Part shown: piece by piece, positions 38,632-48,851 of the stretch | How positions within the stretch are numbered: position 1 is the first letter of the stretch | Layout: every line of letters starts with the position of its first letter | Virus record (IMG/VR): IMGVR_UViG_3300025018_000141 | Location: 1-64,000 of that record | Strand: one strand, 5' to 3' | Length of the DNA: 64,000 nucleotides | DNA from: a virus | Lineage: Duplodnaviria; Caudoviricetes | Notes under the pieces: generated by a model | The model's input: only the letters and a program-made list of their open reading frames with translations | What the model was told of the DNA's origin: nothing | Database searches by the model: none | Translations under genes and position numbers: made by a program

Positions 38632-39102
38632 CTAAAGAGTTGAGAATGTATGAACGGTATAAAAACCATTTGTTTTTATACAACTATATTTGAAATCTTT
38701 TTCTAAATTTTCTAAATGTGTAGGTGAATTAATCCATGCATTTAAAACCTCTTCGGAAAAATTATATCCTTCAGCTATGTTTTCACCATACTGACAAGAA
38801 CTACATGGAGGATTTTTGGTTGAATAGAACTTATCATGAGAAAAGTCAGCTTTTATTTCTTGAAGACGAAGCTCAGCAAATTTACAAATAGCATCTGATT
38901 TTACATAAGGATCGAGATATTTATCATATCTCCATCGTTGTATGAGATCAAATAAATCTCGTTCATTAATAGAGTGCGTGGTTTGAAAACGTATAGAATA
39001 ATCAGTCGGATCAATATTTTTTTGATTTAAAGCTGAAGCTCTATACCCAATAGAAAAACCTATTATGAGCGAAATTATAAAAATAAAAATTTTTGAAATC
39101 AT
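38632..39102 (-). CDS. CAP/SCP-domain protein with N-terminal signal/TM (moron)
   Basis: FSHD, YGENIAEG, WINSPTHLENL; hydrophobic N-terminus. Confidence 0.85.
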   Translation of the reverse strand: MISKIFIFIISLIIGFSIGYRASALNQKNIDPTDYSIRFQTTHSINERDLFDLIQRWRYDKYLDPYVKSDAICKFAELRLQEIKADFSHDKFYSTKNPPCSSCQYGENIAEGYNFSEEVLNAWINSPTHLENLEKDFKYSCIKTNGFYTVHTFSTL

Positions 39103-39110
39103 ATAGATAC

Positions 39111-39139
39111 ATTATAACATAGTTATCAAATTAATACAA
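39111..39139 (-). promoter_or_regulatory. Promoter of CAP gene (near-leaderless)
   Basis: TTGTAT-17-TATAAT with TG extension, 8 nt to ATG. Confidence 0.6.
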
Positions 39140-39143
39140 TATT

Positions 39144-40379
39144 ATGGTAAATATACATCAAGGGTCTTGGTTTGGTTTGCCAGACTTTGGCATAACAGAA
39201 ATGCTTACGGGAAATAAAACGGGACAAGGTGGTAGTGATATCATTCCAAATCTACCAAAACCAGGGCAGCCAACAAATGATCCAAAATTAAATTCAGTAT
39301 ATACAAATCCAAGTTATGGATCTCCTTCAAGTGGACAAATACAAGGAGCAATGACGGGAACTTCGAATACATCTGGCGGATTTATTGGACCCCCAGCACC
39401 TACTAATAATAATAGTGGTAATAGGGGTGGCAATAGCAGCCCATCAGACGCAGACTACGATGCTCTCGGAGTTGCAAGAGGTGATGTAGGAGGGTTAGAA
39501 CGTGTTAGAAGAGAACAGGAACAAAATCGACAAAACGAAATAAACCAACAAATTATAAGAGAACAGGAACAAAATAGAGAATTAGATGCTTTATATTCAG
39601 AAACGCTTGGTGCGCTTGATAGTTCTGGGAATAGAATTAGAGAAGGTTTTGCAACGGATGAATCTAACTTAAATAGTAAAATTGACTTAAATCTTGGAAA
39701 ATTTGGAACTGAAGAAAAAAACCTGATTGGTGACATTGGAGATCAGCAGACACAATTTAATAAAACACTTGAAACTGCATATCAGCAAGCTGTGCGCGCA
39801 TTTAATGCACTTAGTCAGCAAGGAAGAGCTAGATTTGGGCTTGGTGGATCAGCTGGAAGAGCTGTTGGTGAACTTGCAAATCAGGAATTTGCAAGACAGC
39901 AAGGAAACATCGGAGAAAAACAAGTTAGTGGAGCTCTTGATTTCCAAAAACAAGTAACTAGAGTAAAAGAATATGTAAGATCAAAAACAGATGATCTTGA
40001 GCAGTATAGAAAAGAGGCGGTTGCAGAATTAAAGAAAAATATGGAAGATAGACTTACTGAAATTGATATGAAAAAGGCTGATACTATGGCAAATAAGTCT
40101 CGAGACAAAATGGCTATCATGAGAGAAACACAAACTAGAATGCAATATCTTTCAGATCAAGACAAGCAATTTAGACAGGGATTAGCAATGGCAGCCCTTA
40201 CTAATATGCAGGAGATTGCAGGAAGAGCATTTACTCCAAAAGAAATTAAAGCAACACTTGCTGAATTTGGAGCGGGAATTCCAGATCTGTCTTACCAGGC
40301 TCCAACCGTACAATATAATACGGCATACAAGCCAAGCGATCAAAATGATGAGTTTAAATCATTAAGTCCATTTGGATAA
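39144..40379 (+). CDS. Ejection/internal virion protein (coiled coil, putative)
   Basis: Gly/Asn-rich N-terminus, long Q/E/K helices. Confidence 0.6.
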   Translation: MVNIHQGSWFGLPDFGITEMLTGNKTGQGGSDIIPNLPKPGQPTNDPKLNSVYTNPSYGSPSSGQIQGAMTGTSNTSGGFIGPPAPTNNNSGNRGGNSSPSDADYDALGVARGDVGGLERVRREQEQNRQNEINQQIIREQEQNRELDALYSETLGALDSSGNRIREGFATDESNLNSKIDLNLGKFGTEEKNLIGDIGDQQTQFNKTLETAYQQAVRAFNALSQQGRARFGLGGSAGRAVGELANQEFARQQGNIGEKQVSGALDFQKQVTRVKEYVRSKTDDLEQYRKEAVAELKKNMEDRLTEIDMKKADTMANKSRDKMAIMRETQTRMQYLSDQDKQFRQGLAMAALTNMQEIAGRAFTPKEIKATLAEFGAGIPDLSYQAPTVQYNTAYKPSDQNDEFKSLSPFG

Positions 40380-40399
40380 ACACTTAAAAAAAACTATGT

Positions 40400-41503
40400 A
40401 TGGCACTCAAATTCAAATCAGCACTAGACGACGCTATCGAGAAATATAATAACCGATCAATCGGTACGACGTCTACTACAAAACTTGCCACATTTACACA
40501 AGAAAATAGACTCAAATTTGACCCAAAAAACTTCAGTACTGACTATAAAAAATATAATGATGGTCAGAACAAATCACTTCAAAGTATTCAGAAAGACTAT
40601 AAGGATGCCCCATTCAATACCCCAATTAATATTCCAACTGGAAAGCCAAAAAATATATTACAAAGGGTAGGTTCTAATGCGGCTCAAGCTGTCGGAAATA
40701 TGGTCTCTTCGGTTCCTTACTCTGTTTCTCAATGGAGTATAGATGATCGAAAAAAATCTATTAAAGAAATTACACCTCAACAAGCAACCGAACAGAGAAA
40801 ATATAATGAAGAAGCTGCAAATAAGTGGAATAAAATTCCAGCAAGGGTAGGACCAATACTTTTTGACGAACCACAAGTAAGTGACGCATCTGCTCAAGCA
40901 GTTGACTATAGACCATCCGAATATGTCCAATATCCCACTAATCCAAATTTAGAAAATATCAAACAAAAAATATTATTAGGGGGTAATATTAGACCAGCGG
41001 CAAAAGAATATTTGAGTAAGGTGCCTATTGTTTATCAAAAGGTTGGACCAGATGAAAAATGGTTTGGTAGAGCGGCAAATTCTGGTAAACCAGGAGCATA
41101 TATAGGAATAAATTCAGAAGTCAAAGATCCTAAAGAACTCGAGACTGTCATAAAGCATGAATTATTACATCAAGCTCCACGGCTCGTACCACCAGAATTG
41201 TTTCACCCTAAAAATGAACCAGTGATAGAAGAGTATACAGAAAGATGGGGAGATGAATATATGAAACGAAATCCAAAAGCTTTAGTAGAGGAAATGTTTG
41301 CGGAGGAAGCTTTGCCCCCCGCATTTTATTGGCATATTTTTAAAAAAATTAATCCTAAAGCAAAAGAACAAGACTTTATTGGATACATGAAATCATTCTA
41401 TATGAATAATATTAATAATCCGCAACCAGTAGAACAACCTATCGGAGTAGAACAACCTATCGGACCAGCGGTCAATATGGGATATTCCCAACAAGCACAA
41501 TAA
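40400..41503 (+). CDS. Internal virion protein with HExxH metallopeptidase-like motif
   Basis: VIKHELLH...EEMFAE. Confidence 0.55.
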   Translation: MALKFKSALDDAIEKYNNRSIGTTSTTKLATFTQENRLKFDPKNFSTDYKKYNDGQNKSLQSIQKDYKDAPFNTPINIPTGKPKNILQRVGSNAAQAVGNMVSSVPYSVSQWSIDDRKKSIKEITPQQATEQRKYNEEAANKWNKIPARVGPILFDEPQVSDASAQAVDYRPSEYVQYPTNPNLENIKQKILLGGNIRPAAKEYLSKVPIVYQKVGPDEKWFGRAANSGKPGAYIGINSEVKDPKELETVIKHELLHQAPRLVPPELFHPKNEPVIEEYTERWGDEYMKRNPKALVEEMFAEEALPPAFYWHIFKKINPKAKEQDFIGYMKSFYMNNINNPQPVEQPIGVEQPIGPAVNMGYSQQAQ

Positions 41504-41504
41504 T

Positions 41505-44500
41505 ATGAATTTTCTGGATAAATTGAAACAAGCAATTCAAGGAATGCAACACAACTTTAGTAATACTTCTAAGGCATCAAATAATGTGGGACAAATTAAG
41601 AGTAGCAATGCGTTTTCTACTCCAGTAAGAAATAACATATCATTTTCAACACAAAGACAAAGCCCAAGAATTTCATACACGCCATATACTCCACCCGAAC
41701 CACCAAAAATTCCAATGACCCTTAGAGATCAAAAAGATCAAGTACGACAAAGCTTTCAAAATAATTATAAAGACGCTCCTTTTAATACCCCAATTAAAAT
41801 TCCTACGACTCCAGAAGAAAATAAGCTAACTACTGCATTAAAATATGGAAAAGATTTACTTCAAGAAACAGGGAGAGCGCTCCCATATGGATTTAAATTA
41901 AGTGCCGACAAGGCAAAGATTGGACTCGGGGTGGGATTAGATGCATTGAAAAATATGGGACCAAGTTATCAAGAGGCTCAAGCCGTCACATTTCCATTTA
42001 AAAATCTCCCTGGAGCAGATTCTAATAGACTTGACAGAGTTAAACAAGGATTGTTACAGGGTGGAATAGCTGGCGTAGATAAAACACAACAAGAAATGGA
42101 ACAAAATATTGGAGTTATGCAAGATCATGGAGGATTTGGAGAAAATTTAAAAGATCCAAAATGGGTAGGAAGAATGCTTTCGGTAAATGTACCAAGCTTT
42201 TTGACCTCTCTTGGAATTGGAGTTGCTGTTTCTGCCACTACTAAGAATCCTGTATTGGGGTATGCTGCTGGATTCTCCCCATCGTATTTACAGAACGCAG
42301 GAGATGTATATAATGAGGCTAAAAAATCAGGAGCAGACGATCCAACCGCCATGAAAACAGCCAACTTGGTTGGAGCCATTAATGGAATACTTGACACTCT
42401 TGGTATTAGTAGCATTATTAATAAAGCTGGTGGAGGCAAGGCAGCTGGTTTGGTTGTCAAAGAAATATTAAAAAATATGGCAGTAGCTATGCCAGAGGAA
42501 GGTGTGACCGAGGGAATACAACAAATTGTCCAAAATTCTATTGCTCGGGTTTATTATGATCATAAAAGAGATCTTTTTGCAGGCGTTCCAGAAAGTGTGT
42601 TTTTTGGAACAGTTATGGGTGGAGGAGGATCGGTTAGCACAGACATAATGATAGGATCATACAATGCATACCAATCTTTACCACAAGACGTAAAAGAAGG
42701 GGGATATATTAGTACTGATATATTTAAAAAAGATATAGAAAGCTCTCTACAATCTGCACAATCACCAGAAGAAGGGGCTCAAATAATAAAACAGGAAGCA
42801 GATAAAATAATAAATACATCAACAAATCAAAATGACTTGAAAGCTCTTAGGGCAGCGCTGAATAAAATTATAAATGAAAGTGTTGGGACTTCTGGTAATT
42901 GGAAGCGTGATTATTATATTCAAAACGCTGAAGTATTTGGAAATCCTAACAACTTACATCTAAATGAAGCGGCAAATCAGATAGAGCGGATTGATGAGAT
43001 TATTGCAAAAGGAGATATTAATCAATCAAAACAGGAAACTCTTCCAAGTGATTTGAGAAATGCAAAACCAAGATACGGATATGGAGATAAACTTTATACT
43101 CTTAATTTTAAAAATGATATTGATAAGGCGCTCTATATTGTTGGAAATGCAAAAACAACTTCTGCTCGAGACTCAGACTACATGAGCTTTCTAAAACAAA
43201 TTTATCCACAAGCAACTGATGTAGAAATCAGAACTAAAGGAATGGAAGTTAGAAAATCTATTAAACAAATGGCGGCGCAGGGAGACGGTGGAGAACTAAA
43301 TATTCCAAGTATTAATATGAGCACTCCAGCGAGGGCTGAGAACGCTCCTGCCGCGCCCGTAGATACCGCCGAGGCATTAGGCGTAGAATCAAGCATTCGA
43401 GATAATGTAAACAGAATACAACAAGATTTTTTAGATGGAAAAATAACAATAGAAGAGAGAAAGGCGCTTGCTGAAAAGGAATTCGCAAGAAGTAAGCAAC
43501 CCGAAACTACACCAGACATAAGAATCCAAACAAAAATAGACCCAGAAGACACTACGGTTGTAAATGAAGCAATTAATACTGTTAATAATGCAACTGAGTT
43601 GCAAGATTTGATGGATCCAAATTATGCAAAAGCAGATGAAATTATTCGGGACTTTGCTAATACGTATATTGGAGATGCAACATTACAACAAAAAGACATA
43701 ACAGAAATAATTCCAATTATTCAAGAAGCAATCGCTGGCCAAGAGAAAACATCAGAGAAAAATAAAGTTGTTGACGTGCCACCAACAGAAACAGGACCAA
43801 CTGTTGATATTGTTGGAGAAGATGTTCAAGCTGGACCACCAAGTGAAGGAGCTACGAGTGAATTAACTACTCCAGTTGCCCCAGAACAAACAGCAGTAGA
43901 ACAAACGCAAATAGATGGCACATACAAACAACCAAAAGTTGCGCCCGAGATCCCACTTGGAAAAGCAGTATGGACATCTGGTGGGGTTAATCATAACGTT
44001 ACTGTAACGGGCTACCTAGGTCTTGATGCAAATGGAGTGCAATATGTTTCTGTTGCGGAAAGTAAAACAGGCGTTCCTGTTGAACAAATAACATTTCCTG
44101 GGAAAAAACAAAGTCAATTAATCGAATCAATCAAAAATAATGAAGAAAATAGATCTCAAATAAAAGAAGAGGCTTTTCATCTATATGACACAACCACAGA
44201 TGAAGGAAGAATGGGCCTTGGAAGGGAATATGTTAAAAATAATGAAACAGCGGCGGTTGAGCGCGCCATTTCGAATGAAGAGCTCACAAATGAACTTATT
44301 GGTATATATTTTGCATTAGATGAATCTCTACAACAACAGGCTGATGCCGCACAAAAAGCAGGAAATATGGCAGAAGCAGAAAGACTAGACTCTCTTGCAA
44401 CAAGAATTGATAATAAACTTGCTGAAAAAGTAACTGCGCCTGGACAAATTTTGCAATTTCTTCATAAATGGTCTGGAAGATCTTCTCAGTCTGTTATTCG

Positions 44501-47042
44501 TTGGGCAAATAAAATTCACGATCAGGCAAACGAGCAGTGGCATTTTAAAAATCTTATTGGACAAAAAAATGACTTTAAAGTAACAAAAGAAATGGAAAGT
44601 ATGATTATATCTGAAATGAAAAATATAAAGAGAATCAGTGATCCTAAAGAAAAAAGCGCGGCAATGCTTAAATTATTAAGAACAATTACAAAAGACATCC
44701 CTCCATCTATCATGCAATACACAGACGCATATAGATATGAGAATATGCTTTCAAGTCCACGCACACACATGAAGAATTCTTTCTTTAATATTTTGAATAC
44801 AGAAGTACTATATCCAAGTACTCTATTTTTGAAGGGTGTAAATAACTTTCTTTTTTCGGGAATAACTGACATCTTTGGAAAACCAGGAGAATTTAAAGTT
44901 TCGGATGTTGGAAAATATTATAAGGGACAGTTAAATGGATTTGGTACCGCTGTATCCGAGTTTGGTGATGTGATGAATGGAACACTGACTGCCTTAGATA
45001 TACAATCAAAATATGGAGATAACTACGATACAAATGTAGCAAGTATTGCCGCACTAACTTCTGAAAATATGCCAGTATACCTTCAATTCTTCAAACGCCT
45101 ACTTATTGCATCTGATCGATTTATGACAAATATAATTTCAGCTGGAGAAAAAGATGTTCAACTTAGTAAGGGATTGTCTGAAGAAGCGGCAAATAAAAAA
45201 GCCGTAGAAACTGCAACTTATTGGCTTTATAATAACAAAAATGATCCATACAATACCACTGGTCAAGGACCCGTTTTAGCTGCATTTGATCGGGCAAAAA
45301 CTCTGATATCACAAGCTGGAAGACTATCATTTATTGGGCCCCCTATTCGTTTATTCATTCCATTTGTAAATATTCCTATAAACGTCGCAAAAATGTCATG
45401 GGAATTCACACCAGTGACAGGTCCAACAACTCTTGTTGGAAATACGAGAAAAGCAGATCAAATTGCAAAAATGCAAATGGGGACACTTGTTGCCTTTGGT
45501 TTTATGGCAATGGCTGCAAAAGGAATGACTGCATGGGAACCCCCACAAGACGAAAAGGGTCGCGCGGCATTCTATGCATCTGGAAGAAAACCATATTCAT
45601 TTTATTCTCCACTTACAAAACAATGGATTCCAGTAACCGTATTGGGACCACTTTCTTGGGCAGCGGGAATACCTATGGCATTTCATCATTATGCGAAAGA
45701 AGATAAGTATGCTCTTACAGACAGTCAACTCAAGCAGGCAGGGGCGGCAATTTTAAGCGCATGGAAATTTTTTGCAGAACAAACACCGATACAAGGAATT
45801 GGTGGCATTGCTGGAACACTTTCTGGAGACTTGGGGACAAGTCCAGGAAAAATAATTGGGTACAACTCAACTCAATTTATACCATGGAGCTCAATGCAGA
45901 GATATATAAACTCAATAATAGATCCAATATTTAGAAAGGGTAAGGGATTCAAAGAAGAAATACAAAAAGTTGTTGTCGGTCAAACATTTGGAATGGACCC
46001 ACATACAACCCCAACTGGAGAAGAATCAAGAAGAAATTTTTCAGACGTTGCCTTTCCAATTTCTGTTGGAGATGCAAATCCAGAGTTTGACGCAGTATAT
46101 AAAAATAGAGTAAAAGAAAACCAACAAAGAGCTATAACAAATGAATTTGAAAAAGCAGTTGAAAGTGGTGACATTTTGAAAGTATCTGGAGCTAAAACTG
46201 CAAATGGGGAAAAGCTTTCGGATGCAGACGTTAAATCTCGAATGAAGTTGTATTTCGAAACAGATAGTCCAGAGCTTCAACAACAAATAGAAAATACTCT
46301 CGTTGCTGGTGGATGGAGTATTGCCGATGCGGTAGAGCTTACCGTTGCGGCAGATATTGAGGATCAAATCAAGGGAATGTCTGAGCCTGTACAAAAATTA
46401 TTAAAAAGATCAGCAGACTATAAAACAATAGACAAACTTATTGAAACATATGGGGATAAGCCTGGGGCCGAGGCAATCATTGAAGCAAAAATGAAAGAAA
46501 AAGGAATTACGATGGAGGATATGATTTATGACTCTAAAACAAATTTGCCCGACGATGTACAAACTGAGGAAATTACATCCATTATTCAGGGACTTTCGAA
46601 TGAAGAAATGCTTGATACTTTACTTTCTTTCAGAAGAGTTTCTGAGGGATCTAGAAAGGCACTTCTTACCGACACTATCATTAATAAACTTCAGAAATCT
46701 GGTGTTCTTTCAAAAGCAGAAGCAACTTATCTCAAGAGTATGGAGTGGGATGGAAAATCAAAGAGTCTAATAAAGGCAAAATCAGCAGGTAAAAAACCTA
46801 GCTTAGTAAGCTTTAAATCTCCATCTTCGGCAAAATACTCTCCACAGGGAACTTCAATTCAGGGTCCAAATAAAATTAGTTTGAGTAATCTTAAACTGTC
46901 CGATGGGGTAATGAGAAAATTGAGCGCATCAATTCCTAAATTCCAAAAAATAAGTACAAATCTTGGAACAGGAACGGGTACAAAAATTTCAACTCAAATA
47001 CCACAAATGACAAGCTCTATTTATCAATTAGGAAAAGTATAA
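41505..47042 (+). CDS. Large ejection/internal virion protein (1845 aa)
   Basis: Size, position, A/G-rich amphipathic segments (PEEGVTEGIQQ), typical podovirus C-terminal region. Confidence 0.7.
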   Translation: MNFLDKLKQAIQGMQHNFSNTSKASNNVGQIKSSNAFSTPVRNNISFSTQRQSPRISYTPYTPPEPPKIPMTLRDQKDQVRQSFQNNYKDAPFNTPIKIPTTPEENKLTTALKYGKDLLQETGRALPYGFKLSADKAKIGLGVGLDALKNMGPSYQEAQAVTFPFKNLPGADSNRLDRVKQGLLQGGIAGVDKTQQEMEQNIGVMQDHGGFGENLKDPKWVGRMLSVNVPSFLTSLGIGVAVSATTKNPVLGYAAGFSPSYLQNAGDVYNEAKKSGADDPTAMKTANLVGAINGILDTLGISSIINKAGGGKAAGLVVKEILKNMAVAMPEEGVTEGIQQIVQNSIARVYYDHKRDLFAGVPESVFFGTVMGGGGSVSTDIMIGSYNAYQSLPQDVKEGGYISTDIFKKDIESSLQSAQSPEEGAQIIKQEADKIINTSTNQNDLKALRAALNKIINESVGTSGNWKRDYYIQNAEVFGNPNNLHLNEAANQIERIDEIIAKGDINQSKQETLPSDLRNAKPRYGYGDKLYTLNFKNDIDKALYIVGNAKTTSARDSDYMSFLKQIYPQATDVEIRTKGMEVRKSIKQMAAQGDGGELNIPSINMSTPARAENAPAAPVDTAEALGVESSIRDNVNRIQQDFLDGKITIEERKALAEKEFARSKQPETTPDIRIQTKIDPEDTTVVNEAINTVNNATELQDLMDPNYAKADEIIRDFANTYIGDATLQQKDITEIIPIIQEAIAGQEKTSEKNKVVDVPPTETGPTVDIVGEDVQAGPPSEGATSELTTPVAPEQTAVEQTQIDGTYKQPKVAPEIPLGKAVWTSGGVNHNVTVTGYLGLDANGVQYVSVAESKTGVPVEQITFPGKKQSQLIESIKNNEENRSQIKEEAFHLYDTTTDEGRMGLGREYVKNNETAAVERAISNEELTNELIGIYFALDESLQQQADAAQKAGNMAEAERLDSLATRIDNKLAEKVTAPGQILQFLHKWSGRSSQSVIRWANKIHDQANEQWHFKNLIGQKNDFKVTKEMESMIISEMKNIKRISDPKEKSAAMLKLLRTITKDIPPSIMQYTDAYRYENMLSSPRTHMKNSFFNILNTEVLYPSTLFLKGVNNFLFSGITDIFGKPGEFKVSDVGKYYKGQLNGFGTAVSEFGDVMNGTLTALDIQSKYGDNYDTNVASIAALTSENMPVYLQFFKRLLIASDRFMTNIISAGEKDVQLSKGLSEEAANKKAVETATYWLYNNKNDPYNTTGQGPVLAAFDRAKTLISQAGRLSFIGPPIRLFIPFVNIPINVAKMSWEFTPVTGPTTLVGNTRKADQIAKMQMGTLVAFGFMAMAAKGMTAWEPPQDEKGRAAFYASGRKPYSFYSPLTKQWIPVTVLGPLSWAAGIPMAFHHYAKEDKYALTDSQLKQAGAAILSAWKFFAEQTPIQGIGGIAGTLSGDLGTSPGKIIGYNSTQFIPWSSMQRYINSIIDPIFRKGKGFKEEIQKVVVGQTFGMDPHTTPTGEESRRNFSDVAFPISVGDANPEFDAVYKNRVKENQQRAITNEFEKAVESGDILKVSGAKTANGEKLSDADVKSRMKLYFETDSPELQQQIENTLVAGGWSIADAVELTVAADIEDQIKGMSEPVQKLLKRSADYKTIDKLIETYGDKPGAEAIIEAKMKEKGITMEDMIYDSKTNLPDDVQTEEITSIIQGLSNEEMLDTLLSFRRVSEGSRKALLTDTIINKLQKSGVLSKAEATYLKSMEWDGKSKSLIKAKSAGKKPSLVSFKSPSSAKYSPQGTSIQGPNKISLSNLKLSDGVMRKLSASIPKFQKISTNLGTGTGTKISTQIPQMTSSIYQLGKV

Positions 47043-47803
47043 TGGCAAAACAATCAGCACTAGAATCCCTCTTGGGATCAATAAAATCAGCACGGCTCCC
47101 CGACAAAAATTATCAAAATGTTCAAAAGTGGGCAGATACTTTTGGATTTAGTATGCCCGACAGAAATAATGAAGTTGCACCAATTTCAGCGCCAGCTATA
47201 AAAGAAAATGAAAGAATGCTAAAAAGACAAAATTATATACGAAATGGATGGACATTCGATAGTATGAGCCCATATGAAACACAAATATACAATGATCGCC
47301 CACCAGAACCTTCAAAATTTATAGAAAAAAATACAGCGGTATTGCCTAAAAATTCTCAAGAATTCCAAACAATGGCAACACCAATATTTGATAAATATAA
47401 AATTCCATATGCTGTGGGTATGGGAATGTACGCTGGTGAGGGAAGGGGTCAAGGTCTTGGAGCTTCAAGAAATAATTTTTACAATATTGGAGCTTGGGAT
47501 TCAAATCCAGGAAACGCTTCTACATTCGAAACACCAGAAGCGGGTATTGAGGCTTATGCTAAATTTATTTCTGGACAATTTGATAGATATGCAAGCCCAG
47601 AGCATCAACAGAAGTTTGCCGAGGCATATAATTTGAGAGAAGATCCAGTTGCATATTTGAAAGCAATTCAGAATGCTGGATATGCTGGTGATCCAAATAC
47701 ATATGCAGAAAGAGCAACAAACGACTATTCATCATATGCAGACTTCATTATGGCTACTCCAGAGTGGAAATCAAACTACCAACTATTGGCAAATTCTAAT
47801 TAA
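47042..47803 (+). CDS. GH73-like glucosaminidase/muramidase (virion-associated PG hydrolase, putative)
   Basis: EGRGQG..SRNNFYNIG, AGYAGDPNTYA. Confidence 0.7.
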   Translation: MAKQSALESLLGSIKSARLPDKNYQNVQKWADTFGFSMPDRNNEVAPISAPAIKENERMLKRQNYIRNGWTFDSMSPYETQIYNDRPPEPSKFIEKNTAVLPKNSQEFQTMATPIFDKYKIPYAVGMGMYAGEGRGQGLGASRNNFYNIGAWDSNPGNASTFETPEAGIEAYAKFISGQFDRYASPEHQQKFAEAYNLREDPVAYLKAIQNAGYAGDPNTYAERATNDYSSYADFIMATPEWKSNYQLLANSN

Positions 47804-47805
47804 TG

Positions 47806-47834
47806 TTGATAAAAAATAATAAGTATGTTAGTCT
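47806..47834 (+). promoter_or_regulatory. Promoter of tRNA cluster
   Basis: TTGATA-17-TAGTCT with TG extension, 7 nt before tRNA-Ser. Confidence 0.55.
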
Positions 47835-47841
47835 ATAAAAA

Positions 47842-47926
47842 GGAAGAATCAGGAGTGGCTATCCAAACAACTTTGCTAAAGTTGTAGTCTTCGGACTCGT
47901 AGGTTCAAATCCTACTTCTTCCGCCA
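47842..47926 (+). tRNA. tRNA-Ser(GCT)
   Basis: GGAAGAA/TTCTTCC, CAACT-TTGCTAA-AGTTG, long variable arm, encoded CCA. Confidence 0.92.
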
Positions 47927-47960
47927 CGGAAAGTAGCTTAGAAGGTAGGGTATGCCGTTT
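47927..47960 (+). pseudogene. 5' half of a tRNA (Pro-like), truncated in the anticodon loop
   Basis: CGGAAAG-TA-GCTT-AGAAGGTA-GGGT-A-TGCCG-TTT, then HNH ORF; no matching 3' half seen. Confidence 0.55.
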
Positions 47961-47968
47961 ATTTGAAA

Positions 47969-48385
47969 ATGTATAAAAACAGAAAAGAAAGAAAATCTTT
48001 AGGATTTTGTTCAGACTGCCCTAATAAGTCTGTAAACGGATATGGTTATTGCAAATCCTGTTTGGTAAAACGTAGGGACAAGAATAGAGAAATTAGGTCA
48101 ACAAATAAAAAAGATGTAATAAGTCATTATGGAGGACAGTGTTCCTGTTGTGGAGAGGAAAGGTTAGAGTTCTTAACAATAGATCATATAAATAATGATG
48201 GTGCAATACATAAAAAAGAAGTTGGCGGTAGTGGCGATGCAATGTACAGGTGGATTAAAAAGAACAAATACCCTAAAAATAGATTTCAAATCCTTTGTTA
48301 TAATTGTAACTGTTCTAAGGGATTCATGGGATATTGTCCACATAAAAAAGAAAAACAGTATATGGCTCAGATGGAAGAGCGCTAA
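47969..48385 (+). CDS. HNH endonuclease inside tRNA cluster
   Basis: CSDC..CKSC, CSCCG..LTIDHINNDG, QILCYNCN. Confidence 0.88.
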   Translation: MYKNRKERKSLGFCSDCPNKSVNGYGYCKSCLVKRRDKNREIRSTNKKDVISHYGGQCSCCGEERLEFLTIDHINNDGAIHKKEVGGSGDAMYRWIKKNKYPKNRFQILCYNCNCSKGFMGYCPHKKEKQYMAQMEER

Positions 48386-48428
48386 GCCTGGAACTTAGAG
48401 GTCGCAGGTCCGAGTCCTGCTATACTGA
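48356..48428 (+). tRNA. tRNA-Pro(TGG), non-canonical loop bases
   Basis: CAGTATA/TATACTG, CTAAG-CCTGGAA-CTTAG; C33, A37, T-loop TCCGAGT. Confidence 0.78.
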
Positions 48429-48429
48429 C

Positions 48430-48684
48430 ATGAGAAGTAAAGATATGGTAAATTGGAGCAGTCCAAAATACTATCAAAGTGGATGGGAAAAGTTTCATCA
48501 ACACTTTGGAAAAAGAAAAGACCCAAAGTATTGTAAAAAACTAAAGGGTCCACATAATTATGTTTTAATCGAACATAAAGATAAGTCTTTTTGGAGATTT
48601 GATTGGGAAATCTTTACATATAAATGTAGTGGGTGTACAAAACAGCTCTATCGAAGCAAGCCATTAAAAGAAATGCGAGTGTAG
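48430..48684 (+). CDS. Hypothetical protein in tRNA cluster
   Basis: 84 aa, C..H and CSGC motifs. Confidence 0.5.
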   Translation: MRSKDMVNWSSPKYYQSGWEKFHQHFGKRKDPKYCKKLKGPHNYVLIEHKDKSFWRFDWEIFTYKCSGCTKQLYRSKPLKEMRV

Positions 48685-48745
48685 TTAAACGGTTTAACGA
48701 CTGCCTTCCAAGCAGTAAACGCGGGTTCGACTCCTGTCACTTGCT
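48675..48745 (+). tRNA. tRNA-Gly(TCC)
   Basis: GCGAGTG/CACTTGC, ACTGC-CTTCCAA-GCAGT, U73. Confidence 0.92.
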
Positions 48746-48751
48746 CATTAA

Positions 48752-48823
48752 GCGAGATTAGCATAACGGCTAATGCACCTCGTTGCCAACGAGGCTACAC
48801 CAGTTCGATTCTGGTATTTCGCT
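48752..48823 (+). tRNA. tRNA-Gly(GCC)
   Basis: GCGAGAT/ATTTCGC, CCTCG-TTGCCAA-CGAGG. Confidence 0.92.
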
Positions 48824-48851
48824 CAAACAAATATTAAGTATAAAAATAATA

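Noticed and set aside
41429-41464. 18-bp tandem repeat (VEQPIG x2)
   Set aside because: A simple in-frame duplication in a low-complexity C-terminal tail
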